DNA of 64,000 nt from an uncultured Candidatus Binatia bacterium (GCA_965215605.1 OZ244070.1:1696001-1760000); one strand, 5' to 3'. Shown: positions 1-10,102, counted from the first letter of the stretch. Numbers and translations: made by a program. The notes: generated from the letters alone by a model not told the origin.

Positions 1-483
1 CTCGTCGAGTTGAGAGTACTCTTGCGGAAGGAGAAAGGGTTGGCGGCGGCCGCGCGTCACGCGGGCCTGAACCGTGAATCGCTGTATCGGGCATTGGGCG
101 CCGGGGGCAACCCCACGTTCGATACCTTGGAACGTCTGCTCGCGTTGCTCGGGTACCGGCTCTCCGTTGCGCCCCTGCGAGACCGTTTAACCGGTGACAG
201 ACGCGCCGCGGCCATGGCCAGGAAGTACGTCTGGTGGCAACCGCCGGACCGCACCCTGGAAGACCGGCGGCTCTTGCTGGCCCAAGTGATGACCCTCGGC
301 ACCGCCGCCGACATCCGCTGGCTGCTTTCGCGGGTCCCCACCTCCGAACTGCGCCGCGTGTTGCGCGACCCACCGGTCGGAATTTTCAACGGCCGTTCGT
401 GGAAATTCTGGCACCTCCGCCTTGGTTTGACGCCGGCCCCTGCACTGCCGGCGCGACGTCTGCCCGAGGAGATGCCGTTGTGA
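1..483 (+). CDS. Antitoxin-like protein, probably 5'-truncated: addiction-module antidote HTH fused to a DUF6922-like domain
   Basis: Frame is open from base 1. N-part GLAAAARHAGLNRESLYRALGAGGNPTFDTL matches the addiction antidote HTH pattern. C-part YVWW...LLAQVMTLGTAADIRWL resembles small partners of AbiEii-type toxins. Its TGA overlaps the next GTG. Confidence 0.7.
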   Translation, partial: LVELRVLLRKEKGLAAAARHAGLNRESLYRALGAGGNPTFDTLERLLALLGYRLSVAPLRDRLTGDRRAAAMARKYVWWQPPDRTLEDRRLLLAQVMTLGTAADIRWLLSRVPTSELRRVLRDPPVGIFNGRSWKFWHLRLGLTPAPALPARRLPEEMPL

Positions 484-1142
484 CGTTCAAGCCGGCTCTC
501 GACACACTGCCCGCCGAACAACGGAGACTATGGCCACAACTCTCGGACATCCCCAAGTGCTTCGTCCTTTACGGCGGTACCGCCCTGGCGTTGAGACTGG
601 CGCACCGGTGCTCCGTTGACTTCGACTTCTTTTCGTCGGACCCCGTCAACCTCGATGCGTTGTTCCGGCTCCCCTTCGTAGCCCGGGCGGAGGTGCTCCA
701 GAGGGAACCGGACACGCTGACGGTTTCGGTGACACCCGGCGGTACAGCGAACCCGGTAAAGGTCTCCTTTTTTGGAGGCATCGACACCGGACGTGTGGGA
801 GATCCGGAACAAACGGACGACCACGTGCTACGTGTGGCGTCACTGCTGGACTTGTTCGGAACCAAGCTCAAAGTGTTGCTGCAACGCGTGGCCGCCAGGG
901 ATTACCTTGACTTGGCGGCCATCATCCGTGCCGGAGTCCCGTTGAAAGAGGGACTCGGCGCAGCCGCTACACTCTACGGACGGCGGTTCCCACCAGCGGA
1001 AGCCGTCAAGGCGCTCGGGTATTTCGATGAAGGAGAGGCGGCTGACGTCGACACCACGACACAGGCATTTCTCTTGCGAGAGGTCGCGGCTTGGGACTTC
1101 ACGATAGCGGCGATTACAAAGGCCGCCGATTCGCTTGCCTGA
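480..1142 (+). CDS. AbiEii/AbiGii-family nucleotidyltransferase toxin (type IV TA-like)
   Basis: Motifs FVLYGGTALALRLAHRCSVDFDFF and KLKVLLQRVAARDYLD. GTG start at 480 overlaps the upstream TGA (GTGA). Confidence 0.85.
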   Translation: MTFKPALDTLPAEQRRLWPQLSDIPKCFVLYGGTALALRLAHRCSVDFDFFSSDPVNLDALFRLPFVARAEVLQREPDTLTVSVTPGGTANPVKVSFFGGIDTGRVGDPEQTDDHVLRVASLLDLFGTKLKVLLQRVAARDYLDLAAIIRAGVPLKEGLGAAATLYGRRFPPAEAVKALGYFDEGEAADVDTTTQAFLLREVAAWDFTIAAITKAADSLA

Positions 1143-1257
1143 AGACGGACCCGCGAAACACTATACCGATATACGGCAACTCCCTGGGTGCTGCCCCTGG
1201 AACGGACAAAGGGGACGGCCCATGAGCCGTCACCTTTTCGGCCGCCGCGTTCTCCCG

Positions 1258-2697
1258 CTAGTGCTTGGTGGCGGGCCACCTTCCTTCGACCATGGCGTTG
1301 AACTCGTCGGTGAAGAAGAACTTCTCCTGGCCGAAGGCCGGGCGCAACTGGTCGAACCAGGTGGCCTCCGGGTCGTAGGCCGCATAGAACGGCCGGCCGA
1401 CCCAGTCGGGACTACGTCCCTGGAGGAAGCGCAGGATGAAGACCTTCTCGCCGGCGATCTCCTGCACGTCCTGGACCTCGACCTTGCCGGGGGTGGCGCT
1501 CATGCTCGGGCCGCGCACGGTGCGGGACAAGCCGGAGACGAACTTGTAGGCATTCTGGAAGATGTGACAGCAGCGCTCCAGCGGCACCTCGAAGTAGTTG
1601 CGTGCGCCGGTGTCGCGTTCCACGAACATGTAGTAGGGGATCATCCCCAGCCGCACCTCTTCCTCCCACATGCGGATCCACACGTCGGAAGAGTCGTTGA
1701 TGTGGGCGAGCAGCGGGGCCTGGCAGCGGATCACCGCGCCGGCGTCGCGCAGGCGGCGGATCGCCTCCCGAACCACGTTGGTCTCGAGCTCCCGCCAGTG
1801 GTTGAAGTGGGCCATGATGGCGACATGCTTGCCCGCCTTCACGATCTTCTCCAGCAGGCGCAGCATGTCGTCGGCATCTTCGTCGCCGACGAACCGGTAG
1901 GGCCAGAACGTCAGGGACTTGGTGCCGATGCGGATGTCCTGCACGTGCGCGAGACGCGGATCCTCCACGAAAGGCTCCAGATAGTTGCGGAACACCGCGG
2001 TCTTCATGATCATGGGGTCGCCGCCGGTCACCAGCAAGTCGGTGACGTCTGGATGCGCCGCCAGGTAATCGTGCAGCCCGTCGGCTTCCTTGGCCACGAT
2101 CTTGAGCGTGTTGTCGCCCACGAACTGCGCCCAGCGGAAACAGAAGGTGCAGTAGGCATGGCAGGTCTGCCCCTGGCTGGGGAAGAACAGCACAGTCTCC
2201 CGGTACTTGTGCTGAAGGCCGTGAATGGTCTCCTGCGCGACCTTGGGAATGTTCAGCTCCCGCTGCCCCGCGGGGTGCGGGTTGAGCCTCTCGCGGATCT
2301 CGTGGGCGCCCTCCTTGATCTCGTTCGAGGAAGCGTCGCGCCGCAGGAGGTCGGCCATGTGGAGAAAGTCGACATCCTCGAGCATCCCCTGTTGCGGGAA
2401 GGTCATCTGGTAGACCGGGTCGTCGGGCACCCGGTCCCAGTCGATGAGGTGGTCGATCACGTACCGGTTGGACCGGAACGGCAGCACGTTGGCCACCACC
2501 TTCATGGCGAACCGGTCATCGCGGGATAGTCTCTCTAGCTGCGGAATCTCGTCGAGGTGTTTGGTCGACAACGCCTTGTAGCGTTCGGACGGAAAGATCG
2601 GCGCCTCATGCGTGAGGTTTTGTTCCTCCGCTTGAAGAGGCATCAACCCCGGGTCGCGTGCGGGTTCGTTGCCGGGTTCCGACGGGACTTTGCTCAT
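1258..2697 (-). CDS. KamA-family radical SAM/PLP amino-acid 2,3-aminomutase
   Basis: GLQHKYRETVL, CxxxCxxC (CHAYCTFCFR), LVTGGDPM, HFNH, PYYMF and PGK motifs. GGAGG RBS upstream. Confidence 0.85.
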   Translation of the reverse strand: MSKVPSEPGNEPARDPGLMPLQAEEQNLTHEAPIFPSERYKALSTKHLDEIPQLERLSRDDRFAMKVVANVLPFRSNRYVIDHLIDWDRVPDDPVYQMTFPQQGMLEDVDFLHMADLLRRDASSNEIKEGAHEIRERLNPHPAGQRELNIPKVAQETIHGLQHKYRETVLFFPSQGQTCHAYCTFCFRWAQFVGDNTLKIVAKEADGLHDYLAAHPDVTDLLVTGGDPMIMKTAVFRNYLEPFVEDPRLAHVQDIRIGTKSLTFWPYRFVGDEDADDMLRLLEKIVKAGKHVAIMAHFNHWRELETNVVREAIRRLRDAGAVIRCQAPLLAHINDSSDVWIRMWEEEVRLGMIPYYMFVERDTGARNYFEVPLERCCHIFQNAYKFVSGLSRTVRGPSMSATPGKVEVQDVQEIAGEKVFILRFLQGRSPDWVGRPFYAAYDPEATWFDQLRPAFGQEKFFFTDEFNAMVEGRWPATKH

Positions 2698-2940
2698 GAC
2701 TCACCTCCCAGGTTATCTCGTCTCGGCTTTCAATCCTCGACTTTCATCAAAAGTATACTCCGCAGACGCCAATTTGAAAGACAAAAAAGAGAATAAACGT
2801 TGTCAACACGGTATTGCAAGGGCTGGAGCCGTTCTCGCCGATTCGATTTTTCGGCTTTGCCGTCTTTTCTGCTTTACTGTTCCCTGGGGCAATCGGTTTT
2901 CGGATGCAGCCTCTCAAAGGCTCGAAAGGAGCGAACGTCA

Positions 2941-4209
2941 ATGGCCGCCGATCTTTTCTCCACCGCGCGGGAACGCCTCGAAGACGCTGCCCGCCACCTC
3001 GACATCGAGCGCGAAATCATCGACCAGCTCCGCTATCCCAGGGAGACGCTGGCCGCCACTTTGCTGGTGCGCATGGACGACGGCTCGCGCAAGGGGTTCA
3101 AGGCGTGGCGCTGCCGCTATGACGACACCCGCGGCCCCACCAAGGGCGGCATCCGCTTCCACCCCGCGGTGAACGTCGACGAGGTGATGACGCTGGCGTT
3201 CTGGATGACCTTCAAGTGCGCGGTCGTCAACCTCCCCTTCGGCGGCGGCAAGGGCGGCGTGTCCGTGGACGTCAAGAAGCTCTCCCGCGCCGAGCTTGAG
3301 CGCCTGAGCCGTGCCTACGTGCAGGCGTTCGCGCGGTTCATCGGACCCGAGCGCGACATCCCCGCCCCGGACATGTACACCAACGGCATCGTCATGGCCT
3401 GGATGGCGGACGAGTACGGCGCCATCACCGGCCATCCCAGTCCGGCCATCATCACCGGCAAGCCGGTGGCCCTGGGCGGCTCCCTGGGACGCGACGACGC
3501 CACCGGACGCGGCGGCTTCTACGTCCTGCAACAACTGAAGGACGCCCTGGGCATCGGGCCGGACAAGACGCGCATCGTCCTTCAGGGCTTCGGCAACGCC
3601 TCGTTCCACTGCGCGCGCCTGCTCCACGACGACGGCTATCGGATCGTCGGACTGTCGGACTCGAGCGCCGCCGTCTACGATCCCGACGGCATGGACCCCC
3701 ATGCGGTGATGGAGCACAAGATGCGTACCCGGAGCGTGGCCGGCGCCCCCACCCGCGGGCGCGCGCGGGACCTCGACAACGCGGCGCTCCTGGAGGCGGA
3801 GTGCGACGTGCTGATCCCGGCGGCGGTGGAGAATCAGATCACCGGGGACAACGCCGCCGCCGTCCAGGCACCGGTGATCCTGGAGCTGGCCAACGGCCCG
3901 GTGACGCCGGCGGCCGACGCCATCCTGGACAAGAGGCGCGTGGCGGTGATCCCGGACATCCTGGCCAACTCGGGCGGGGTGACCGTGTCCTACTTCGAGT
4001 GGGTGCAGAACAAGGCGGGCTACTACTGGCCGGTGGAGGAGGTGCGCGCGAAGCTCAAGGCCATCATGGACCCGGAGACCCGGCGCATCCGGGAAGTGGC
4101 CCGGGAAAGGTCCGTCAGCCTGCGCACCGCCGCCTACGTCCATGCCCTCGAACGCATCGGCCACGCGATGGAGGCGCGCGGCACCAAGGCGTTCTTCAGC
4201 GCCCGGTGA
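2941..4209 (+). CDS. gdhA: Glu/Leu/Phe/Val dehydrogenase (probably glutamate dehydrogenase)
   Basis: GPTKGGIRF, GGGKGG, DIPAPD, QGFGN, ELANGP and GGVTVSYFEWVQN. ATG at 2941 follows AAGGAG. Confidence 0.9.
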   Translation: MAADLFSTARERLEDAARHLDIEREIIDQLRYPRETLAATLLVRMDDGSRKGFKAWRCRYDDTRGPTKGGIRFHPAVNVDEVMTLAFWMTFKCAVVNLPFGGGKGGVSVDVKKLSRAELERLSRAYVQAFARFIGPERDIPAPDMYTNGIVMAWMADEYGAITGHPSPAIITGKPVALGGSLGRDDATGRGGFYVLQQLKDALGIGPDKTRIVLQGFGNASFHCARLLHDDGYRIVGLSDSSAAVYDPDGMDPHAVMEHKMRTRSVAGAPTRGRARDLDNAALLEAECDVLIPAAVENQITGDNAAAVQAPVILELANGPVTPAADAILDKRRVAVIPDILANSGGVTVSYFEWVQNKAGYYWPVEEVRAKLKAIMDPETRRIREVARERSVSLRTAAYVHALERIGHAMEARGTKAFFSAR

Positions 4210-5365
4210 CGGGTTCGCTCAACCGGATCACCACCGGCGCCGGATCCTTCCGGGTTGTCCGGCAGATCCGGCGAAGGGCATTCCACGGCCGGGCGCGTCC
4301 GCGGAACGCTTTTCCCGTGGCCCGCGCCTCGCGCCGCACGGCCTCGATGCGTTCCGTGGTGGGCGGGTGCGTCGAGAGGAGTTCCAGCATCTCGTCGTCG
4401 CCCTGTTTCTCGCTCTGTTTCTGCAACCTTGCAAAGAAGGCAGCGAACCCGGCGGCGTCCATGTTGGCGGCGTTGAGGCGCGCCACCGCGAAACGGTCCG
4501 CCTCGCGCTCGGCGGCGCGCGAATAACCGAGGTTGAGCGTTAGCCAGCCCAGGCCCGTGAGCAGCGCGCCGCCGCTCGTATCGCCGATCAGCAGGCCGGC
4601 GAGCACGGCCGTGGCGCCAGAACGGTACATTCGCCTGAGGCCGTGATCGTAAACGATGTGGCCCACTTCGTGAACAAACACGCCCGCGACTTCCTCCGGG
4701 CTTGCCGCGTGCTCGATCAATCCCTTGGTCAACACCACGATGCCGCCGGGCAGTGCGAAGGCATTGACCGCCTTGCTGTTGACCACCACCACGCGCAGGC
4801 TCGCTGGAGCGTCAAGCCCTCGGGTCAGATGGGTGGAAAGCCCCCGGAGGGCCCGCTGTCCCGGCACCGCGCTGCAATACGCCCGCGACGCCGCCCGGGA
4901 CCCTTCCTTTCGCATGAGAACGAGCGTGAGCTGCCGCAGGGTGGTCGCGCCGATGCGCTGCCTGACGGACTCCGGCGTGGCCGCCGCCAGTTGGTCCGCC
5001 AGCAGCGGCACCACGACCAGAACGAGGATCGCGAGGGAAACCGCCGCGGCGCCGGCCCATGCCCCGATCCGGACAAGCCCGCCCCAGGACAGCCGCACCC
5101 CGCGGTAGAGCTGCGGCGCCACGGGCCGAAGCGCCTCCAGCACCGTCGGGTCATCGACGATGAGCCGTGCCGTGGTGCCGTCGAGACCGAGCCGCACGGG
5201 CTCCCCCGCCCGCGGCGGCTCGGTGAGAACGACGCGCTCCGCGGGCCAATCCGCCAGCGCCGCCCCATCCGTGTCGGAGATGCCGATCCCCGCCGCGGTC
5301 ACGGCGACGGCGACACGCCGTACCCGGGCCGTCACGCCGTCGTAGTAGCTCGCTGCGTACCACAT
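4196..5365 (-). CDS. M48-family zinc metallopeptidase, membrane anchored
   Basis: NAFALPGG, HEVGH (HExxH), EREAD and STHP motifs, plus one TM segment. Directly follows the DUF898 gene. Start re-assigned from the ORF track. Confidence 0.85.
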   Translation of the reverse strand: MWYAASYYDGVTARVRRVAVAVTAAGIGISDTDGAALADWPAERVVLTEPPRAGEPVRLGLDGTTARLIVDDPTVLEALRPVAPQLYRGVRLSWGGLVRIGAWAGAAAVSLAILVLVVVPLLADQLAAATPESVRQRIGATTLRQLTLVLMRKEGSRAASRAYCSAVPGQRALRGLSTHLTRGLDAPASLRVVVVNSKAVNAFALPGGIVVLTKGLIEHAASPEEVAGVFVHEVGHIVYDHGLRRMYRSGATAVLAGLLIGDTSGGALLTGLGWLTLNLGYSRAAEREADRFAVARLNAANMDAAGFAAFFARLQKQSEKQGDDEMLELLSTHPPTTERIEAVRREARATGKAFRGRARPWNALRRICRTTRKDPAPVVIRLSEPVTGR

Positions 5366-5370
5366 CACGG

Positions 5371-6609
5371 TCAGAAGCCTCCCACGTCGAGCGCGTCGGC
5401 CAGCCCTTCGCCGCGGCGCGGCATGGCGGCGGAGGACTGGACCGCCCGCCCCAATCCGTCGGGTTCGTGAATGGACAGGGTCCTGCACGCCAACGCAAGC
5501 AGAGAGACCTGGACGAACAGCGTGCGAGCCAGACCATAGAGCCAATAGATGAAAACGAGCGCGAACGGTATGAGCACCACAAGCCATCGTGGGTCCACAT
5601 CGCCCAGGGCGATGGGGCCGACGATTACGAACAACCCCACCGAGGCACACGCGCCCGCGATCAGAATGCAAAACCAGAACACAAGGTAGACACCGAAGAC
5701 GGATCCGGCATGGACCGTGGATTCCAGCCGGGTGCTTCCGATGCGCACTCCATTGACCAAGAGACGAAACTCGTTGACCCGGTACCAGGCGAACATGGCT
5801 GCGCTGACGGGCAGAACCCATAGAGGTGTGAAACGGCATGCGCGCAGCGCCGCGATGATTTCGGAACGCGCCGGCTGGCGTTCGCGGAGCACGTCCATCA
5901 AGGCGATCAAGGGGTCCATGTTGATGAGAACAAACACAAGGATCGCCACCAGGGCAGGGACCGCAACCACCCACCATCGCACAAAGAGTAGCCAAGCGCC
6001 GCCTTCGAAGGAGAAGCGGGTGGCGCCGAACCGGGCGTGATTGGCGACGTAGCGCGTCGTGGCCACGCGCCACGCGGGGTAGGCCAGGCCCAGCGTGGCC
6101 AGTGCCGCGACCGCGTACAGGCATCCGATGACTGCGTAGTTGAGGGTGGACCCGTCGAGCCCGAAACGCACGCCCCGCCATGCCGTGCGGCTCAGGCGAA
6201 AACGCCACATCCTGTAGATCGCCAAGTGGAAGAGGAAGCCGAAGATGGCGTAGGAGACCGCGTGGAACAACAGGGCGCCGTAGGGCGCGCCTTCGGGCAG
6301 GAAAGCGCCGAGCCACGAAAGGATGGCCGTGAACGGGGCGAGGAAAATCACGACGATGAGGAAGCCGAACAGCAGTTCCTGGCCCGTGCCGAGATACTCC
6401 AGGGGTTCGTCGAGGACCTTGACGTGCCGCCACAGGAACTGGCGTACGCGGGTCTTCCCCCAGAACCGGTAGAGCCCGAAGGCCGTCAGATTCAGCAACA
6501 GGTTGCGGAACAGCAGCGCGGCCAACTCCCCGCGACGGCCGTCGAAGGCCACCGTTGGGCGCGGAGCCGGCGCCGTATCGCGTCGCGCAAGTTCGGTGTC
6601 GTCTTCCAT
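5371..6609 (-). CDS. YjgN/DUF898-family inner membrane protein
   Basis: FDGRRGEL...GLYRFWGKTRVRQFLW, YLGTGQEL and SRTAWRGVRF, with multiple TM segments. Typical pairing with an M48 peptidase. Confidence 0.85.
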   Translation of the reverse strand: MEDDTELARRDTAPAPRPTVAFDGRRGELAALLFRNLLLNLTAFGLYRFWGKTRVRQFLWRHVKVLDEPLEYLGTGQELLFGFLIVVIFLAPFTAILSWLGAFLPEGAPYGALLFHAVSYAIFGFLFHLAIYRMWRFRLSRTAWRGVRFGLDGSTLNYAVIGCLYAVAALATLGLAYPAWRVATTRYVANHARFGATRFSFEGGAWLLFVRWWVVAVPALVAILVFVLINMDPLIALMDVLRERQPARSEIIAALRACRFTPLWVLPVSAAMFAWYRVNEFRLLVNGVRIGSTRLESTVHAGSVFGVYLVFWFCILIAGACASVGLFVIVGPIALGDVDPRWLVVLIPFALVFIYWLYGLARTLFVQVSLLALACRTLSIHEPDGLGRAVQSSAAMPRRGEGLADALDVGGF

Positions 6610-6744
6610 GCCGTTCCCGCGAAAGTCCTTGCGCCAGGAATTTACGGGACGCGACACTCGTTGGCAACCGATCGAACCAGAACACGCGACGGCGCAGCCC
6701 ATGAGTACCTTGGACACCCCGGAACCGGATGATAAATTTGCTGC

Positions 6745-7656
6745 ATGACGACACGTGGAGGCCCCGGACACCTCGACGCCCTCGAGGCCGAATCGATTCA
6801 CATCATGCGCGAGGTCGCGGCCGGCTTCTCCAAGGCGGTCATGCTCTACTCCATCGGCAAGGACAGCTCGGTGCTCGTGCGGCTGGCGCAGAAGGCCTTC
6901 CGCCCGGCGCCGGCGCCCTTCCCCCTGCTGCACGTGGACACCACCTGGAAGTTCCCGGAGATGTACGCGTTCCGCGAACGCACGGCGCGCGAGACCGGCA
7001 TGGAGATCCTCGTTCACATCAACCAGGAGGGTCTCTCGCGGGACATCGACCCTTTCACCCACGGCTCGGCTCTTCACACGGACGTCATGAAGACCCAGGC
7101 GCTGAAGCAGGCGCTCGACGAGCACGGCTTCGACGCGGCGTTGGCGGGGGCTCGGCGCGACGAGGAGATGTCCCGCGCCAAAGAGCGGGTGTTCTCCCTG
7201 CGTAGCCGGGGACATCGATGGGATCCCAAGAACCAGCGCCCGGAGCTCTGGCGCCTCTACAACACCCACATCGGCAAGGGTGAATCCATGCGCGTCTTTC
7301 CGCTCTCCAACTGGACGGAGCTGGACGTGTGGAGCTACATCGACAGGGAGAACATCCCGGTCGTGCCGCTCTATTTCGCGGCCCCGCGCCCAGTGGTGCG
7401 GCGCTCGGGGACGCTGATCATGGTGGCGGACGAGCGCATGAAGCTCGAGCCCGGCGAAGAGCCGGAGATGAAGCGGGTGCGCTTCCGCACGCTGGGCTGC
7501 TACCCGCTGTCCGGCGCCATCGAATCCGATGCCGACAGCGTGCCGGCCATCATCCGGGAGATGCTCTCGGCCACGTATTCCGAGCGCCAGGGGCGCGTCA
7601 TCGACCACGACGGGGAAGGCTCCATGGAGCGCAAGAAGCAGGAGGGCTATTTCTGA
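6745..7656 (+). CDS. cysD: Sulfate adenylyltransferase subunit 2
   Basis: [22 protein letters not shown] and C-terminal [11 protein letters not shown]. Confidence 0.95.
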   Translation: MTTRGGPGHLDALEAESIHIMREVAAGFSKAVMLYSIGKDSSVLVRLAQKAFRPAPAPFPLLHVDTTWKFPEMYAFRERTARETGMEILVHINQEGLSRDIDPFTHGSALHTDVMKTQALKQALDEHGFDAALAGARRDEEMSRAKERVFSLRSRGHRWDPKNQRPELWRLYNTHIGKGESMRVFPLSNWTELDVWSYIDRENIPVVPLYFAAPRPVVRRSGTLIMVADERMKLEPGEEPEMKRVRFRTLGCYPLSGAIESDADSVPAIIREMLSATYSERQGRVIDHDGEGSMERKKQEGYF

Positions 7657-9557
7657 TGTCCGCCGGCCCGTCCTCGGACGGCCGGGAATTCCGGGCCTAT
7701 GTCAACGCCCGGGAAGACCCGGACATCCTGCGCTTCATCACCTGTGGCAGCGTGGACGACGGCAAGTCGACGCTCATCGGCCGCCTGCTCTACGAATCCC
7801 GCCTGGTCTTCCAGGACCAGCTCGCGCGGGTGGAAGCCGACAGCAGACGGCACGGCACCCAGGGCGACAACCTGGACCTGGCGCTGCTGGTGGACGGCCT
7901 TCAGGCGGAACGCGAGCAGGGCATCACCATCGACGTCGCCTACCGTACCTTCTCCACCGCCAGGCGCTCCTTCATCGTGGCCGACGCCCCGGGACACGAG
8001 CAGTACACCCGCAACATGGCCACCGGCGCCTCCACCGCCGACCTGGCCGTGGTCCTCATCGACGCCCGCAAGGGGGTGCTGCCCCAGACCTGCCGGCACA
8101 CCACGATCCTGTCCCTTCTGGGAGTGCGCCATGTGATCCTGGCCATCAACAAGATGGACCTCGTGGACGGGTCCAGAGACGTCTACGACAGCATCGCCGC
8201 GGCCTACCGCGCCTTTGCCGGACGGCTCGACGTGACCGCCGTCACCTGCATTCCCGTGTCGGCCCTGACCGGCGACAATGTCACCGGGCCGTCCAGCGCA
8301 ATGGACTGGTATGACGGGCCGACGCTGCTACAGGCTCTGGAAACCGCCGATGTGGCCCCGGACCGCGGCAGCGCCCCCTTTCGCATGCCCGTGCAGTGGG
8401 TCAACCGCCCCAACGCCGGGTTCCGGGGCTTCGCGGGAACCGTGGCGTCAGGGCAGGTGCGTCCCGGCGACCCGGTGCTGGTGTGTCCGTCCCGGAAGGC
8501 CTCGGCGGTGGAACGCATCGTCGGACCGGACGGCGACCTCGACCGAGCAGGAGCCGGCCAGGCCGTGACGCTCACCCTCGCCGACGAGATCGACGTGAGC
8601 CGCGGGGACATCATCGCGTCCGCGTCGGCGCCGCCGAGCCTCAGCGACCAATTCGCCTGCCACATCGTCTGGATGGACGAAAACCCGCTGCTGCCCGAGC
8701 GTCCGTATCTGCTGAAAATCGGCGCGCGGCTGGCGGGGGCCCAAGTCACGGCCATCAAGCACAGGCTCAACGTCGACAACCTGGAGCACGCCGCGGCCAG
8801 GACCCTCGGGCTCAACGACATCGCCTACTGCAACATCGGCCTCGACCGGCAGATCGCGTTCGACCCCTATCGGGAACTGAGGGAGACCGGCGGGTTCATC
8901 CTCATCGACCGCTACACCCATGACACCGTGGGCGCGGGCATGATCGATTTCGGCCTGTGGCGCGGCTCCAACCTGACCCTCCACGAGCTCGCCATCGACA
9001 AGCCGGCGCGGGCGGCCCAGAAGAACCAGAAGGCCTGCGTCCTGTGGCTCACCGGGTTGTCCGGGGCGGGCAAATCGGCCACCGCCAACGCGGTGGAGAA
9101 GCGCCTGCACGCCATGGGACGGCACAGCTACACCCTCGACGGCGACAATCTCCGGCACGGGTTGACCCGGGACCTCGGCTTCACTGCGGCCGACCGGGTT
9201 GAAAACGTACGCCGCATCGCCGAGGTCGCCAAGCTGTTCGTGGACGCGGGGCTGATCGTTCTCGTGTCGGTGATCTCGCCCTTCCGCGACGAGCGCCGCA
9301 TGGCCCGCGAGATGATGGAGGAAGGTGAATTCGTCGAGGTGTTCGTGGACTGCCCCATCGAGGTCTGCGAGCAACGCGATCCCAAGGGGCTCTACCGGAA
9401 GGCACGGGCCGGCGAGATCGGGAACTTCACCGGCGTGGACAGCCCCTACGAGCCGCCCGAATATCCGGAACTCGTGTTGAAGACCGCGGAGCGGGATGTC
9501 GACGCGGTCGCGGACCAGGTTGTCGACTATCTGCGATCGAGGGTGGATGTCGCCTGA
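7656..9557 (+). CDS. cysNC: Bifunctional sulfate adenylyltransferase subunit 1 / adenylylsulfate kinase
   Basis: GSVDDGKST, DAPGH and NKMD GTPase motifs. C-terminal WLTGLSGAGKS, LDGDNLR and RDPKGLY kinase motifs. TGATG overlap with cysD. Confidence 0.95.
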   Translation: MSAGPSSDGREFRAYVNAREDPDILRFITCGSVDDGKSTLIGRLLYESRLVFQDQLARVEADSRRHGTQGDNLDLALLVDGLQAEREQGITIDVAYRTFSTARRSFIVADAPGHEQYTRNMATGASTADLAVVLIDARKGVLPQTCRHTTILSLLGVRHVILAINKMDLVDGSRDVYDSIAAAYRAFAGRLDVTAVTCIPVSALTGDNVTGPSSAMDWYDGPTLLQALETADVAPDRGSAPFRMPVQWVNRPNAGFRGFAGTVASGQVRPGDPVLVCPSRKASAVERIVGPDGDLDRAGAGQAVTLTLADEIDVSRGDIIASASAPPSLSDQFACHIVWMDENPLLPERPYLLKIGARLAGAQVTAIKHRLNVDNLEHAAARTLGLNDIAYCNIGLDRQIAFDPYRELRETGGFILIDRYTHDTVGAGMIDFGLWRGSNLTLHELAIDKPARAAQKNQKACVLWLTGLSGAGKSATANAVEKRLHAMGRHSYTLDGDNLRHGLTRDLGFTAADRVENVRRIAEVAKLFVDAGLIVLVSVISPFRDERRMAREMMEEGEFVEVFVDCPIEVCEQRDPKGLYRKARAGEIGNFTGVDSPYEPPEYPELVLKTAERDVDAVADQVVDYLRSRVDVA

Positions 9558-9614
9558 CTCCGCATCCTCACCCAGCGGGCGGGAACGAGATCCGGCGAGA
9601 GGGGTATCAACGTG

Positions 9615-10010
9615 TCAGGGAGTGCCCGTGGACTCCTCGTCGTCCTTGGCTTCGGGTCCGGGGGCGGCCGCCGGCGCGTCTTCGGCCGGTGCCGCGGCCT
9701 CGGCCGGTGCCGCAGTCTCAGCCGGCGTCGCAGTCTCAGCCGCTGCCACAGTCTCAGCAGCAGCAGCAGCCTGCTCTGGCGCCGCTTCTACCGGTGCCGC
9801 CGCTGCAGGTGCCGCGGCCTCGACCTGGGCCGTGCCGGCGCTCTGCGGCTGGAGCTTGGCCTCTCGTGACAGCTTTCGGGTCTTCCGCTTCAGACGCCGG
9901 ATCTTCTGCCGCAGGATCTCCCGCTTGCCCGACTCCTCAACCCCGGTCTTCTCTTCCTTGAGCGTCTTGATCTGCTCCTTGACGGCTCCAATGCTGGTCT
10001 CTGCTGCCAC
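9615..10010 (-). CDS. Hypothetical protein: basic helical N-terminus and Ala/Pro/Glu-rich repetitive tail
   Basis: GGAGG RBS before a GTG start. K/R-rich segment ILRQKIRRLKRKTRKL followed by AETAAP-type repeats. Confidence 0.65.
   Translation of the reverse strand: MAAETSIGAVKEQIKTLKEEKTGVEESGKREILRQKIRRLKRKTRKLSREAKLQPQSAGTAQVEAAAPAAAAPVEAAPEQAAAAAETVAAAETATPAETAAPAEAAAPAEDAPAAAPGPEAKDDEESTGTP
9684..9770. repeat. Degenerate 18-bp coding tandem repeat plus a (GCA)n run
   Basis: Units such as gccggtgccgcagtctca / gccggcgtcgcagtctca / gccgctgccacagtctca. Confidence 0.7.
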
Positions 10011-10102
10011 GTGTGCCTCCTTCGGATGAGTGAAGGGTAACGGGTATCACATGGGGGTGGGAATCGAAAGTGGCGGCGTGGCAGCCGCCCTCCGCCCCAC
10101 CC

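Noticed and set aside
2800-2820. Possible sigma54 promoter (CAACACGGTATTGC) upstream of gdh
   Set aside because: Lacks the invariant GG at -24.
4196-7608. 852-aa and 745-aa ORF-track calls suggesting large fusions
   Set aside because: Upstream extensions overlap real genes in other frames. The true products are the shorter M48 and DUF898 proteins.
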